DNA of 64,000 nt from Gammaproteobacteria bacterium (GTDB lineage: Bacteria; Pseudomonadota; Gammaproteobacteria; SZUA-152): NCBI GenBank assembly GCA_011321815.1, contig DROS01000026.1, forward strand, positions 54-64,053, written 5' to 3'. Below the pieces are notes generated by a model that saw only the letters and a list, made by a program, of their open reading frames with translations, was not told the origin of the DNA and made no database searches. A program made the translations under genes and the position numbers. Within the stretch, counting starts at the first letter, position 1, and every line of letters begins with the position of its first letter. This document shows, in pieces, positions 11,503-23,820 of the stretch.

Positions 11503-11518
11503 TGCACAGGGTGTGCCA
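11503..11518 (-). promoter_or_regulatory. Sigma54 (-24/-12) promoter of pilA
   Basis: Minus strand TGGCACACCCTGTGCA = GG-N10-GC; upstream of pilA and next to pilR. Confidence 0.75.
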
Positions 11519-11671
11519 ATATTTTTTGTCGCATATGATTGTTTGTTGTTTTGTGCTGCTGATGCATAAAGATTAATTTTATCAGTGGGTTAAAATTTGT
11601 CGCTTGTGAGCTTTGTGATCGATATCTTATTTTTTGGCGCAATTGGGGTGCATACTCATTTCGTTCAGCGT

Positions 11672-11700
11672 CATAAAGTGACAACCTTGGTCACTTTATG
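11672..11700. promoter_or_regulatory. Palindrome, probable PilR enhancer site
   Basis: CATAAAGTGAC-N7-GTCACTTTATG, perfect 11-bp arms about 160 bp upstream of the sigma54 site. Confidence 0.5.
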
Positions 11701-11822
11701 TATTGAGCGGTGATATAAGAAAGCAGTTTTTTCGGACAGCTGAATAATAACGGTGTTGTCAGGCGTGAGCAGGTTCCGTTGTTGTGACAGCGGTTGCGTA
11801 TATAAACAACAAAGAGCCAAGC

Positions 11823-13175
11823 CTATTCCAATCCCAACTTTTTCAATCGATACCGCAGTGCCCGAAAACTCAGCCCCAGTAGCTTGGCAGCGGCAGTTTT
11901 GTTGTATTTGGTTTGCTCCAAAGCTTGCAGGATTGCCATTTTCTCGATTTCGCCGAGATGTGCTTCAAGGTGGATTTTACCGGAGTCCAGTGGCCCTGGC
12001 ATGGGCGGGGTGAGGGTGCTATTGGTGGTTTTAGGCAAGTGCAGGTCACGTTGACGAATGATGTTGTCTTCGCACAACGTCAGGGCGCGTTCGAGGATAT
12101 TTTCCAGTTCGCGTACATTGCCGGGGAAGGGGTAGTGATTGAGGGCGCTGGCGGCGTCAGGGGCGAGGCTGGGTTTTTCCAGTCCCATTTGCCGCGCAAG
12201 TTTGCTCAGTGTGTGTTTGGTGAGCAGAGGGATGTCTTCGCTGCGCTCACGCAGGGAAGGTATGGGGAGCTGGATAACGTTAATACGGTAAAACAGGTCC
12301 TGCCGGAAACGGCCGTTTTCCACCAGCTTACTCAGGTTTTTGTGGGTGGCGCTGAGGATGCGCACATCTATGGTGGTTTCTCTGGCTTCTCCTACGGGAC
12401 GAATAGCTTTTTCCTGAATGGCGCGCAACAGTTTAACTTGCATGTGCAGAGGCAGGTCGGCCACTTCGTCGAGGAACAGGGTGCCGCCGTCGGCGGTCTG
12501 GAACAGGCCTTTTTTGTCGGCTACGGCACCAGTGAAACTGCCTTTTTTGTGGCCGAAGAATTCGCTTTCCATGAGTTCGTCGGGGATGGCGCCGCAGTTA
12601 ACGGGCACAAAGGGCTGGTTGGCGCGTGGTCCTTTGTTGTGGATAAGTTTGGCCACCAGTTCTTTGCCGGTGCCGGATTCACCGCTGATATAAATGGGGG
12701 CCTGACTGCGCGCGACTTTGGCAATGGTGGCGCGGGTATGCCGCATGAGTTTGGAGTCGCCGAGTAATTCGTCACGTGAGCGTCGATCCAGCCGCGGGCT
12801 GTTTTCTGAAACGCGCAGTGCGGTATTGACCAGGTTGCGCAGAATTTGCAGATCGACAGGTTTGGAGACGAAGTCAAAGGCACCGGCCTTGAGCGCTTTG
12901 ATGGCCCATTCCATGCTGCCGTGGGCAGTAATCATTGCCACTGGCGTCTTGGGGTGGTGCTGTTGGATGTATTCAACCAGTTCCACGCCGTTGCCATCGG
13001 GCAATTTCATGTCGGTAAGACAGAGGTCGAAGCGGTATTGGGCCAGCAGTTCGCGTGCTTGCGCCAGGTCTGTGGCGGAGCGGGTTTCGATATTCATGCG
13101 TCCCAGGGTCAGTTCCAGCAGTTCGCAGATATCGGGTTCGTCGTCAACAATGAGGGCGTGGGAAGGTGGTGTCAT
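11823..13175 (-). CDS. pilR: Sigma54-dependent response regulator PilR
   Basis: REC + AAA+ (GESGTGKE, GSFTGA) + Fis-type HTH; between pilS and pilA. Confidence 0.95.
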   Translation of the reverse strand: MTPPSHALIVDDEPDICELLELTLGRMNIETRSATDLAQARELLAQYRFDLCLTDMKLPDGNGVELVEYIQQHHPKTPVAMITAHGSMEWAIKALKAGAFDFVSKPVDLQILRNLVNTALRVSENSPRLDRRSRDELLGDSKLMRHTRATIAKVARSQAPIYISGESGTGKELVAKLIHNKGPRANQPFVPVNCGAIPDELMESEFFGHKKGSFTGAVADKKGLFQTADGGTLFLDEVADLPLHMQVKLLRAIQEKAIRPVGEARETTIDVRILSATHKNLSKLVENGRFRQDLFYRINVIQLPIPSLRERSEDIPLLTKHTLSKLARQMGLEKPSLAPDAASALNHYPFPGNVRELENILERALTLCEDNIIRQRDLHLPKTTNSTLTPPMPGPLDSGKIHLEAHLGEIEKMAILQALEQTKYNKTAAAKLLGLSFRALRYRLKKLGLE

Positions 13176-14845
13176 GAGGTCTCGGGCATGTTGTGGTTTT
13201 GTTTGCTGTGTTTCGGTTCTGGTTTTTGTTCGGCAAATTCTACCCGAAAACAGGCTCCGCCGGTGGGGATGGCCACATAACTGAGTCGGGCCCGGTTGCC
13301 TTCACACAGTTCGCGGGCGATATACAGGCCCAGCCCGGAACCTTTGCTTTCAGTGGTGAAAAAAGGCTCAAAAATATTGCTTATTGCATCCGGTGGCACG
13401 CCTGGTCCGTGGTCGATAACGTCGAGAAAGGGTTTGCGTGAGCCATCTTTGGTACCACCATGCAGCTCCAGTCTGGGTTGCCCAGGGTAATCCTGGCTAT
13501 GGCGCAAGCCATTTTGACACAGGTTCCACAGTACTTGATGCAGCTGGGTGGCGTCCATGTGCACGACGGTGTTATCGGGTTCAATGTGCAGGCTGATGTC
13601 GGAGGGGTTACAGTTTTGGCTTTGCACAAATTCCTGGAGAAAATTTTCCAGCCAGGTTTTTAATGGCAGGTCTTCGGGCATGGAGCGGTCGCGCCGGCTT
13701 AGCTGTAACACATTTTCAATGATGTCATTGACTCGTGCAGTGTTGGTGTGAATGATTTCCAGCAGACGGTTGTCAGCGGCGTTGTGGGTGCTTTCCTCTG
13801 TCAGCAGTTGTTCCGCGTGGCTGATGGCGCCCAGTGGATTGCGAATTTCGTGGGCGATACTGGCCGTGAGTCGACCCAGTGAGGCTAATTTTAATTGCTG
13901 GGCTTGTTGTGCCATGCGTGCAGTGTCTTCGAGAAAAATCAGTGTGCCAGCACGTGCTTCGCTGCCTAGGGCTGTCATGTTTGGCAACAACTCCATATTG
14001 CTGCCGCCGGGGCGGAACATGCGCGGTTCAGAGAGACCGCCACGGCGCCAGTCGATCAGTTGTTCGGCCAGTTCTGGAGATATCAATTTGAGACTCTTGT
14101 TTTGGCTATTGCCCAGCGATGGCAGGCCCAGCATGTACCAAGCGGATTCATTCATCAGGCGTATGTGTTGGTCGGCATCTACGACGACGATGCCGGATTG
14201 CATGCGCTGTAATACATGCTGGTTGAGTTGCGCCAGATTGGCCAAGTCGACGCCACGTTGTGCCGCAAGGGCTTCGCTTTCACGTACCCGCCTGGACAGT
14301 ACATGGGCAAGGAATGCGGTGGCAAAAAGAGAGGCGCCTAAAATACCGGCCTGGGTGAAGTTTGCGGTCAATGCGGGGTTTTGTTGTGCAAAGACTTGTT
14401 CGGCGAGAATGGCAATGGCCGCGATGGCTGCAAAAAAATTGGCTGCCCGGCTGCTGAATAACAGGCTGTTGCCAGCAATGGATACGATCAGCAGCATACC
14501 CAGGCCAGTCTCAATACCGCCACTGGCACGCATGATCAATGTCAGAGCGAGTATGTCCAGAACTACCAAACTGTAAGTGAGCAAGCGAAAGTTCAGCCAG
14601 CGAAAGTGGATGGCAAAACTGGCAGTTAGTGCGATGCCGAGATAAATGAAGCTGACTGTCTGGAAAAGACTGGCATTGTGGCTACCCAGTATCGGAATGT
14701 TGCTTTTGAGAAAAACGGCGCTGACAAATAATGCCGCCAGAGTAATGCGGTAGAGATTCAGAAAGTGCAGAGGCCGCCATGCCTGTTTGCCGGTGAGGCT
14801 GGGCAGAGTACTGGTTTCAGTGTTGGAAAAAGTGGATGAAGGCAC
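13172..14845 (-). CDS. pilS: Sensor histidine kinase PilS
   Basis: N-terminal TM helices, PAS, AHEIRNPL H-box, GSGLGL G-box. Confidence 0.93.
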   Translation of the reverse strand: MPSSTFSNTETSTLPSLTGKQAWRPLHFLNLYRITLAALFVSAVFLKSNIPILGSHNASLFQTVSFIYLGIALTASFAIHFRWLNFRLLTYSLVVLDILALTLIMRASGGIETGLGMLLIVSIAGNSLLFSSRAANFFAAIAAIAILAEQVFAQQNPALTANFTQAGILGASLFATAFLAHVLSRRVRESEALAAQRGVDLANLAQLNQHVLQRMQSGIVVVDADQHIRLMNESAWYMLGLPSLGNSQNKSLKLISPELAEQLIDWRRGGLSEPRMFRPGGSNMELLPNMTALGSEARAGTLIFLEDTARMAQQAQQLKLASLGRLTASIAHEIRNPLGAISHAEQLLTEESTHNAADNRLLEIIHTNTARVNDIIENVLQLSRRDRSMPEDLPLKTWLENFLQEFVQSQNCNPSDISLHIEPDNTVVHMDATQLHQVLWNLCQNGLRHSQDYPGQPRLELHGGTKDGSRKPFLDVIDHGPGVPPDAISNIFEPFFTTESKGSGLGLYIARELCEGNRARLSYVAIPTGGACFRVEFAEQKPEPKHSKQNHNMPETS

Positions 14846-15151
14846 GTTTTAGGTTTTTGCTGTATTTTTTGCGTTTTTTAGTGTGTTCTTAAATAGCAGA
14901 GGGGGGCACGAAAGTCATCTGCAAGTTATAGCACTGATAATCCGGAATTAATCAATCAGCTGAACTTGCTGAAAATACCGTAAGGTACGGGATCTGATGT
15001 GTTATCAGGATGTTTTGGATTGATTGTATGGGGTGTGCCCCTGTCTAAAATAATCTGAAAAATAGGCCATTTTTTGCATGGTGGTTATTTTTTTCACGAT
15101 TTAGCTGATCGGCTCGGGATAATAAAAATAGCGGCATTTCCGTGATTTTTT

Positions 15152-15178
15152 TCAGTTTTTTGACGGCAGTGCCGACAG
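15152..15178 (+). promoter_or_regulatory. Possible sigma28 promoter
   Basis: TCAG-N15-GCCGACAG about 80 bp upstream of the REC-PP2C gene. Confidence 0.4.
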
Positions 15179-15258
15179 GTGTTGCGGAGCTTTGGTGTGT
15201 GTGTGCCAGGCCGGTACCGTATACAAGGCCACTTTACTGTAATTAAGGTGAGAAGGTT

Positions 15259-16428
15259 GTGAATGAAAAGACCCTGAAAATTCTTGCGGTGGATGATACA
15301 GAAATGAACCTTAATTTGCTGGCACGTTTTTTCAGCAGAAAAGGTCATGAGATGGTTACGGCCACCAATGGGCAGGAAGCCATTGAGTGTTTTGAAAGAG
15401 AGCAGCCAGACCTGATTCTGATGGATGTGATGATGCCGGTGATGGATGGTTATGAAGCCACGCGAGAAATCCGCCAGCGCAGTGGTGAGAAATGGATTCC
15501 TATTATTTTTATGAGTGCCAAGGCAGCAGTTGAAGATCAGGTGGCGGGTCTGGATGCTGGTGGAGATGATTATCTCACCAAGCCCGTCAACATGCGTATT
15601 TTTGATGCAAAAATCAAGGCTATGCAACGCATTGCTGATATGAGCGATGCATTGAGCTTGCAGGCCACTGAGCTGGAAAAATACCGCGCTGCCGCAGAAG
15701 AGGAAAAGTATCTCGGCAATACGCTTATGGAACGCATGACTCGTGCGGGGAAAATGTCAGATGAGTTACTGGATAGTTGGTTATTGCCCGCAGAGCATAT
15801 GAGTGGTGATTTGGTGGCCGCATGTCGTGGTGGTGATGACCGATTTTATGTGATGGTGGCCGACGCCACCGGACACGGATTACTGGCAGCGATGATGCAA
15901 ATACCCGTGTCGCAAACGTTTTATTACATGACCAGTCGGGATTATTCATTGAGCCGCATTGTCCGCTCTATGAACAGCCAGTTGCGGTTGCTGGTACCGC
16001 GTGACCGTTTTGTTGCGGCTACGCTGATTATGGTGGATGTACGCAACCAGTTGATTGAGGTCTGGAATGGTGGTGGCCCTGAAGCTTTGTTTGTTGATGG
16101 GCAGCGCAACATCGTGCATCGTTTTGAATCCAATGCCGCGCCTCTGGGTATTTTTTCGGATGAAGAATTCGAAGCGCATACGCGAGTTTATCAGTGGCAA
16201 ATTGCCGGGGAGCTGTTGGCTTATTCTGATGGCGTTATTGATGCCTTGAGTGATGATGGAGAGCCTTTTGGTGAAGAGCGGCTGGAACACTCTATTTCTC
16301 ACTGCGGGGACAAAACAGTGTGCGCTGCTGTGGCCGATGCGTTATGTAAGCACCTGAAAGGCGAACGTGCGCAGGATGACATCAGCGTGATTAGTGTGAC
16401 CTGCCCGTTGCAGGAAAATAATCAATAA
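15259..16428 (+). CDS. Response regulator with SpoIIE/PP2C phosphatase output (RsbU-like)
   Basis: REC ([10 protein letters not shown]) + SGD, ADATGHG, YSDG and QDDIS PP2C motifs. Confidence 0.9.
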   Translation: MNEKTLKILAVDDTEMNLNLLARFFSRKGHEMVTATNGQEAIECFEREQPDLILMDVMMPVMDGYEATREIRQRSGEKWIPIIFMSAKAAVEDQVAGLDAGGDDYLTKPVNMRIFDAKIKAMQRIADMSDALSLQATELEKYRAAAEEEKYLGNTLMERMTRAGKMSDELLDSWLLPAEHMSGDLVAACRGGDDRFYVMVADATGHGLLAAMMQIPVSQTFYYMTSRDYSLSRIVRSMNSQLRLLVPRDRFVAATLIMVDVRNQLIEVWNGGGPEALFVDGQRNIVHRFESNAAPLGIFSDEEFEAHTRVYQWQIAGELLAYSDGVIDALSDDGEPFGEERLEHSISHCGDKTVCAAVADALCKHLKGERAQDDISVISVTCPLQENNQ

Positions 16429-16458
16429 CGCCCCCTAATGTAATCCCGGTTTTGAAAT

Positions 16459-16535
<77 letters not shown>

Positions 16536-16566
16536 AATGTGTTGTCTTGAGATACGCCAGCGGCGA

Positions 16567-17586
16567 TCAGTAGGTACGACTGACGGAGAAATCTGCGAGG
16601 ACTTTCAAAGCGTCAGTGTAGTTGGATGCGGGGATGTTTTGCAGTTGCGCAATGGCCAAATTGGCCTCTTCCCGTGCTTTGCGCGCAGTGTACGCGATGG
16701 CATCAGTGGATTCAATGGCGGCCATGACCTCGGCAATGTTGTTGCGGCCTCCTGTTTCGATGGCTTTGCGAATCAGTGTCGATTGTTCTTTTGTTCCCTG
16801 TCGCATGGCCCGAATCAACGGCAAGGTTGGCTTGCCTTCGGCGAGGTCGTCACCAACATTTTTACCCATGGCTTCCGAGGAGGCACTGTAATCCAGCACA
16901 TCATCCACTAATTGAAATGCTGTTCCCAGGTGCATGCCATATTTGGCCACGGCCTGCTCCTGTTCGGGGGGGGCATCGCAGAGTACTGCGCCCAGTTGTG
17001 CGGCAGCCTCGAATAGTTTGGCGGTTTTACAATGGATGACGTCGAGGTAGCGCTGCTCCGTGGTGTCCGGATCGTTGCAATTGAGTAGTTGCAGGACTTC
17101 GCCTTCGGCGATGACGTTGGTGGCATGGGCAAGAATTTCCATCACTCGCATGCGCTGGGCGTCCACCATCATTTGAAAGGCGCGGGAATAAAGGAAATCC
17201 CCCACCAGTACAGCGGCTTCGTTGCCCCACAGGGCATTGGCCGTTTCCTGACCACGGCGGCGGTCGGAAGCATCTACCACGTCGTCGTGTAGCAGGGTGG
17301 CGGTATGGATAAATTCCACGATGGCGGCCAGGTTGAAATGCTGTTCTTCCTTGTAGCCGAAGGCTCGTGCCGATAGCAAGACCAACACAGGACGCAGGCG
17401 TTTGCCGCCACTATGAATAATGTAGCCACTGATCTGATTGACCAATGCCACTTCTGATTGCAGCCGCTTTTCAATGAGCTGGTTTACCGCAGCCATATCG
17501 TTGGCCACAAGCTCGTTGACGTGCTCGATGGTTTGTGGCGTGCCATTGGGCGCTGTTTCGGTATTGTTAAATGTAGGGCTGAGCAT
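16567..17586 (-). CDS. ispB: Octaprenyl diphosphate synthase
   Basis: GGKRLRP, LLHDDVVD, FQLVDD; divergent from rplU; start uncertain. Confidence 0.95.
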   Translation of the reverse strand: MLSPTFNNTETAPNGTPQTIEHVNELVANDMAAVNQLIEKRLQSEVALVNQISGYIIHSGGKRLRPVLVLLSARAFGYKEEQHFNLAAIVEFIHTATLLHDDVVDASDRRRGQETANALWGNEAAVLVGDFLYSRAFQMMVDAQRMRVMEILAHATNVIAEGEVLQLLNCNDPDTTEQRYLDVIHCKTAKLFEAAAQLGAVLCDAPPEQEQAVAKYGMHLGTAFQLVDDVLDYSASSEAMGKNVGDDLAEGKPTLPLIRAMRQGTKEQSTLIRKAIETGGRNNIAEVMAAIESTDAIAYTARKAREEANLAIAQLQNIPASNYTDALKVLADFSVSRTY

Positions 17587-17839
17587 GGCGATACAGCGGT
17601 CAGTCAATGAGTGAGTTTCTATATAATGGCAGAAAAGTTGACCATTATGGGGTTTGACGTGCTGTGCTGTAAACGCTAAAATTCGCGGTCTTTGTCCGGC
17701 CATTGTCAATTCCGTTCAGGATGGGCTGTGTCTGGGCAGGTCTTGCTCTCATGTGAATGTAGTCAGTCAAGTGTGATGTGGGAGTTGGGTGAATAAAAAC
17801 GAATTTTCAGCATAGCAATATTATTTGGAGAATACAGCC

Positions 17840-18151
17840 ATGTACGCGGTAATTAAAACCGGTGGCAAGCAATACAAGGTTTCAGAAGGTGCGACCCTCA
17901 AGGTTGAAAAAATCAATGCTGATGAAGGCGCCATGGTCGAACTTGATCAGGTGCTGATGATCGTTGATGGTGAGAATGTGAATGTGGGTTCGCCTTTGGT
18001 GGCCGGTGGCAAGGTGACTGCAACCGTCAAGTCCCATGGCCGGGGCAAAAAAATTGAAATTATCAAGTTCCGTCGGCGTAAGCACCATCGCAAACAGATG
18101 GGGCATCGTCAGAGCTACACTGAATTACAGATTACAGGCATTCAGGCCTGA
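17840..18151 (+). CDS. rplU: 50S ribosomal protein L21
   Basis: [14 protein letters not shown]...GHRQSYT. Confidence 0.99.
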   Translation: MYAVIKTGGKQYKVSEGATLKVEKINADEGAMVELDQVLMIVDGENVNVGSPLVAGGKVTATVKSHGRGKKIEIIKFRRRKHHRKQMGHRQSYTELQITGIQA

Positions 18152-18183
18152 TTATCTGGGATACAAAGTTAGAGGAATAAAAA

Positions 18184-18441
18184 ATGGCACATAAAAAGGC
18201 AGCGGGCAGTACCCGCAATGGTCGCGATTCGGAATCCAAACGCCTTGGCGTCAAACGCTATGGCGGTGAAGTGGTCAAGGCGGGCAATATTCTTGTGCGT
18301 CAGCGTGGCACCAAATTTCATCCCGGGAACAATGTGGGCTGCGGCAAGGACCACACTTTGTTTGCCAAAACAGATGGTAAAGTGCTGTTTGCGGTGAAGG
18401 GGCCAAAAAATCGCACCTTCATCAATGTGGTGCCTGCGTAG
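18184..18441 (+). CDS. rpmA: 50S ribosomal protein L27
   Basis: [16 protein letters not shown]. Confidence 0.99.
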   Translation: MAHKKAAGSTRNGRDSESKRLGVKRYGGEVVKAGNILVRQRGTKFHPGNNVGCGKDHTLFAKTDGKVLFAVKGPKNRTFINVVPA

Positions 18442-18500
18442 CTTGTCGCGGTGAGCAAAATGATCACGAAAGGCCTCGTTGATCGGGGCCTTTTTTGTTT

Positions 18501-18656
18501 TTAGCAGGCAGGCATAATTATTTTCAATCAAATTTGCGATGGATATTTTTCGATATCCAAGGCGTTGCGCAGGCGGGCATAATGGACTACGTAACCGAAG
18601 CAGCAGTGCAAAAAACCGGCAAGCAAATGTTAAAACAATTATGTTCGCCTGCTTAA
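18501..18656. repeat. ~155-bp MITE-like palindromic element
   Basis: Ends AGCAGGCAGGCATAATTATTTT / AAAACAATTATGTTCGCCTGCT are inverted repeats matching at 18 of 22 positions. Confidence 0.5.
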
Positions 18657-19862
<1,206 letters not shown>

Positions 19863-19950
19863 CATGTAGACAAGGAGGTAACACTTAAGCGGGAAGCGCA
19901 GTTAAAAAACCATACCCTACATTGCTGTGTTGAATTTAAGCCATAAAAAC

Positions 19951-21084
19951 ATGACACGAACAGAGCTTGAAAAAACCCGTCGCTGCGTGGTCAAGATCGG
20001 CAGCGCGCTTCTTACCGCCAATGGTCGGGGGTTGGATCGTGATGCCATTGCTGGCTGGGTGGCGCAAATGGCGGGGTTGCGTGCAAAAGGTATTGATGTC
20101 GTGTTGGTTTCCAGTGGTGCCGTGGCTGAGGGTATGATGCGCCTCGGTTGGACACAGCGTCCCCATGCATTATTTGAGCAACAGGCAGCAGCAGCTGTGG
20201 GGCAAATGGGGTTGGTGCAGGCTTACGAATCCTGTTTTCAGCAACATGGTATCCACACCGCCCAGGTATTGCTGACCCACGAAGACCTCTCTGATCGCCA
20301 GCGTTACCTTAACGCCCGCAGCACACTGCGCGCTTTACTTGGCCTTGGTGTGGTGCCGGTGGTCAATGAAAACGATACGGTGGTTACCGATGAAATCCGT
20401 TTTGGTGATAACGATACCCTGGCTGCGCTGGTAGCCAATCTGTTGGAGGCGGATTGCCTGATTATTCTCACTGATCAGGCCGGATTGTTCGATAAAGACC
20501 CGCGTAGTCATGCTGATGCCAAGCTTGTGGACACTGCCCGAGCTGACGACACGTCTTTAGAGGCGTTGGTGGGTGAGGCGGGTGCGTTGGGCCGTGGAGG
20601 TATGTTGACCAAGCTGCGGGCTGCGCGGTTGGCTGCGCGTTCTGGCGCGGCAACGGTGATCGCTCATGGACATAAAACCGATGTGCTTGCATCCGTGTTG
20701 GCCGGCAAAATGGTGGGCACATTGTTATCGGCAGAAAAGGAAGCCCTGGCTGCGCGTAAACAATGGTTGGCTGGTCACTTGCAATTGCGCGGTGAATTGG
20801 TGTTGGATGACGGCGCGGTGCGCGTGTTGCAGGAATCCGGGTGCAGTCTATTGCCGGTAGGAGTAATTGCTGTTAGTGGGAAATTTGAGCGGGGCGAGGT
20901 GGTTGCCTGCGTGGACCAAAAGGGAGATGAGGTGGCGCGAGGATTGGTGAACTATAGTGCAACCGAAGCGCAAAAAATCAGAGGGCTGCCATCAGGCAGG
21001 CTAGAGGCTGCATTAGGATATGTGGATGAGCCGGAGTTGATCCATCGGGATAATCTGGTTTTAGTGGATGCCGGCACTTTTTAA
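19951..21084 (+). CDS. proB: Glutamate 5-kinase
   Basis: [21 protein letters not shown]-terminal PUA domain. Confidence 0.97.
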   Translation: MTRTELEKTRRCVVKIGSALLTANGRGLDRDAIAGWVAQMAGLRAKGIDVVLVSSGAVAEGMMRLGWTQRPHALFEQQAAAAVGQMGLVQAYESCFQQHGIHTAQVLLTHEDLSDRQRYLNARSTLRALLGLGVVPVVNENDTVVTDEIRFGDNDTLAALVANLLEADCLIILTDQAGLFDKDPRSHADAKLVDTARADDTSLEALVGEAGALGRGGMLTKLRAARLAARSGAATVIAHGHKTDVLASVLAGKMVGTLLSAEKEALAARKQWLAGHLQLRGELVLDDGAVRVLQESGCSLLPVGVIAVSGKFERGEVVACVDQKGDEVARGLVNYSATEAQKIRGLPSGRLEAALGYVDEPELIHRDNLVLVDAGTF

Positions 21085-21223
21085 TCTGGAGGCTCAACTG
21101 ATTAATTTAGGTTCAACTGAGTTTTCCGGGGGTTAAATGTGGACCGGTTGTCCAGGCGCTGATTTTCCCGCCTGAAGAGAATGCCGGGAGCATTAGCGCC
21201 CGCTGAAAGTCTGAATGTTGGAC

Positions 21224-21259
21224 AATAAAAAAGCCGGTTAAAAAGCCGGCTTTTTTATT
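21224..21259. terminator. Bidirectional terminator between proB and rpsT
   Basis: AATAAAAAAGCCGG...CCGGCTTTTTTATT. Confidence 0.8.
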
Positions 21260-21274
21260 GTGTGGCAATGTTGC

Positions 21275-21535
21275 TTACAGTGCGCGAATGCGAGTGTTCA
21301 GGCGACTCTTGTGACGGGCACCTTTGTTGGCGCTGATCAGGCCCTTGCCGGCAGCGCGGTCAATGACCGGCACAGCATCTTTGTACAGGGCCTCGGCCTT
21401 GCCTTTTTCGCCAGCGTCGATAGCGTAAATCACCTTTTTCACTGCGGTGCGGAAAGCGGCACGTTGGCCAGCATTAAGCTGACGACTTTTTTCTGCCTGG
21501 CGGGCGCGTTTTCTGGCTTGTGCTGAATTGGCCAA
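21275..21535 (-). CDS. rpsT: 30S ribosomal protein S20
   Basis: [13 protein letters not shown]...ARHKSRL; TTG start typical of rpsT. Confidence 0.98.
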   Translation of the reverse strand: MANSAQARKRARQAEKSRQLNAGQRAAFRTAVKKVIYAIDAGEKGKAEALYKDAVPVIDRAAGKGLISANKGARHKSRLNTRIRAL

Positions 21536-21677
21536 AGTCTTACTCCATCTTGTTGTCTGTTCTGTTCAGTTTGTATGGTACCCGGTATAGAATTAAAGCC
21601 GATACCGAAGAGGGCGCACAATATGCGGTTTTATGTGCCATTTGTCAACTGTTGTGTGCCGCGATATTGGGCGATGG

Positions 21678-22460
21678 TTATTTTAATTCCAGATGCAGCA
21701 TTTTGCCGCCGGTCTCAGCAGCCAGCTTTTGGTAATGCCAGTTGGTTTCCGGGTTGTCGTGACCGATGGGCAGAGTGTAGACCGGGCTGGGGATATGAAA
21801 ATAGTGAATGCGATCTGCGGGCGGTTCGTCGCCGATAAGTAAGTAGGCACCGGGTGCAGGAGCGTGGTCCGCAGCGTAGCGAAAACCATAACCGATGGTC
21901 TCGTTGGCGCCGGTGAAAGGGGCGCCCTCCATAAGTCGATCAAACATTTCACCCATAGTGCCGCGGTAAGTATCAGCCTTGCCGTCGGAGAACCAAGTGA
22001 GTGCGTCAAGTTTTTTGCCCGAGCGAATGACGATGACGCGCAATACTGGTATGAGAAAATCGCTGACCCCGTGCATGGAGCCGGTGGCGTCGATGAGCAG
22101 GTGCAGACTGTTGCCAGGCAGGTCGCGCAGACCTTTGACGAACACGTCGAAGTCTTTGTGGTTCTTGCCTTTGGCCAGCCCAGCGGCGGCCAGCGCTTTT
22201 TCCATTTGTTTTTCTGTAGACAGGCTGGCGAGGGTATTCATATTAGCCAACAGGCGCTTGCGTTCGGCATTAGATTTGTCCAGTTCGATTTGCAGGTTGG
22301 CCAGGGCGCTTTTCAGCCGGGGGGCTTGATATTGCTCCGCCATGCGCGCGGTAATAAGGATGGTGACCAGTAAAAAAATGAAAGTCGCCAACATCAGCAA
22401 GGCAATGTCGGAAAACATTTCGTAGATGTTGGGCGGAGCTGAGCGACGTTTTCTGCGCAT
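21678..22460 (-). CDS. Single-TM protein with ExbD/MotB-like Asp helix, coiled coil and vWA domain
   Basis: EMFSDIALLMLATFIFLL TM segment; MIDAS-like LIDATGSM and LLIGDE; ends LAAETGG. Confidence 0.75.
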   Translation of the reverse strand: MRRKRRSAPPNIYEMFSDIALLMLATFIFLLVTILITARMAEQYQAPRLKSALANLQIELDKSNAERKRLLANMNTLASLSTEKQMEKALAAAGLAKGKNHKDFDVFVKGLRDLPGNSLHLLIDATGSMHGVSDFLIPVLRVIVIRSGKKLDALTWFSDGKADTYRGTMGEMFDRLMEGAPFTGANETIGYGFRYAADHAPAPGAYLLIGDEPPADRIHYFHIPSPVYTLPIGHDNPETNWHYQKLAAETGGKMLHLELK

Positions 22461-22489
22461 ATTTTCTACGAAACAATTAGTATGAATGT

Positions 22490-23467
22490 TTATTTTTTAT
22501 GTTTGTCGCCGAACAGGTAGCCCATTACGCCACGTTCAGCCTGTCTGAGTTTAATTTCCAGCGCCAGGGTTTTTACGTGAGCTTCGCGCAGGCGTACCAT
22601 CTCCCGTAATTGGTCGAGCTCTATGTCCTGGCCGGGTTGTTTTACTTCGGTGGCGAACTCGCGCATTGCCCCCCGGGTATCCGTGAGCAATTTTTGCAGA
22701 TTGGCAATGTTGCGACTCATTATGCTGATTTCAGCATTGATGAGGTGCAGGTCGCGCTCCAATGACGGTTTGAGGTCTGACGAGCAGTAGACTAAACAAG
22801 TGCGTGTCAGGGCATCTTCCAGGCTTTCCACGCCATTTTCATCGATGTGTGCGAAAATGCGCAGCAGTACGCCGCCCAACACGGCCCCTAATAGTGTGGT
22901 GTAAAATGCAGTGCCCATACCGCCCATGGCGCCCCGCAGCCCCGCCAGCAATTGTGCCTGATCCTCGCCCAAAGCGTCCAGAGAACTGGTCAGGCCGGTG
23001 AGGGTTAACGTAAGGCCAGCGACAGTGCCAATCAGGCCCAGGGTGATGAGCAGGTTGCCAATAATTTCCAAGGCGTGGGCAATGCGCTGATAGATGGAAA
23101 ATTCCACATCCACCAAGGCCTCAATATTAAGCTCGCCATTATTGTTGACAATGGTGCGTAACGAGTTGAAAAACTCTGCCACACAACCTTTTTTTTCGGT
23201 TTGTTCAATACCCAGCCAGCCATCACGTTTGGCAACATTTTCCAATTCGTCTACTTTGATGGACTCCAGAGTAAGCAGAATAGTCAGAATAAAGCTGGTG
23301 GTTACTCCTAGCGCAAACAGGCCAATGATGGCCCAGGTGATGCGGCTGGGATCATGTTGTACGAAGGTTAATACCTCCGTATCCTGATACAGCCCCAAGT
23401 AAATGACAATAGCTGCCGCAGCCCACACGACCCACAATACCAGGGCCCGGTATCCTCTCTGTACCAT
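22490..23467 (-). CDS. MotA/TolQ/ExbB proton-channel family protein
   Basis: LLITLGLIGTVAGL and GMGTAFYTTLLG channel helices; C-terminal coiled coil. Confidence 0.85.
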   Translation of the reverse strand: MVQRGYRALVLWVVWAAAAIVIYLGLYQDTEVLTFVQHDPSRITWAIIGLFALGVTTSFILTILLTLESIKVDELENVAKRDGWLGIEQTEKKGCVAEFFNSLRTIVNNNGELNIEALVDVEFSIYQRIAHALEIIGNLLITLGLIGTVAGLTLTLTGLTSSLDALGEDQAQLLAGLRGAMGGMGTAFYTTLLGAVLGGVLLRIFAHIDENGVESLEDALTRTCLVYCSSDLKPSLERDLHLINAEISIMSRNIANLQKLLTDTRGAMREFATEVKQPGQDIELDQLREMVRLREAHVKTLALEIKLRQAERGVMGYLFGDKHKK

Positions 23468-23820
23468 GCGCGATAAGCTCAGTTTCAGTTAGTGACAAAT
23501 CCGGCAGGGTGACAGTTTCATGTCGTGCGTGCCAGTGTATAATTTTTTGTCAGAGTATGTTGCGGGTCCGGGGGTAAGGTCAAATAATGTGGGGGTCCGT
23601 TTTGATTTTATACGGGTGTAGTTGTTTTGCTTGGTGCTCGTCTTTCGATAACCAAATAAAATAGTCAGGTAAATCAAGACCAATTGAGTCTGGTAACTTG
23701 AGGGAAACGTGATATATACTGGCCGTCGTTTGCTTGTCCGGCCGGGGGTAACCGTGTTATACATGGCGCCGAAATTTTTAAACCTTAATTTTTAAGTTCG
23801 AATTTGGGAGGGGAATAAAA

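Noticed and set aside
21678-23467. Zorya ZorAB or flagellar MotAB assignment
   Set aside because: The partner lacks an OmpA-like peptidoglycan-binding domain, and no zorC/D/E or flagellar genes are adjacent
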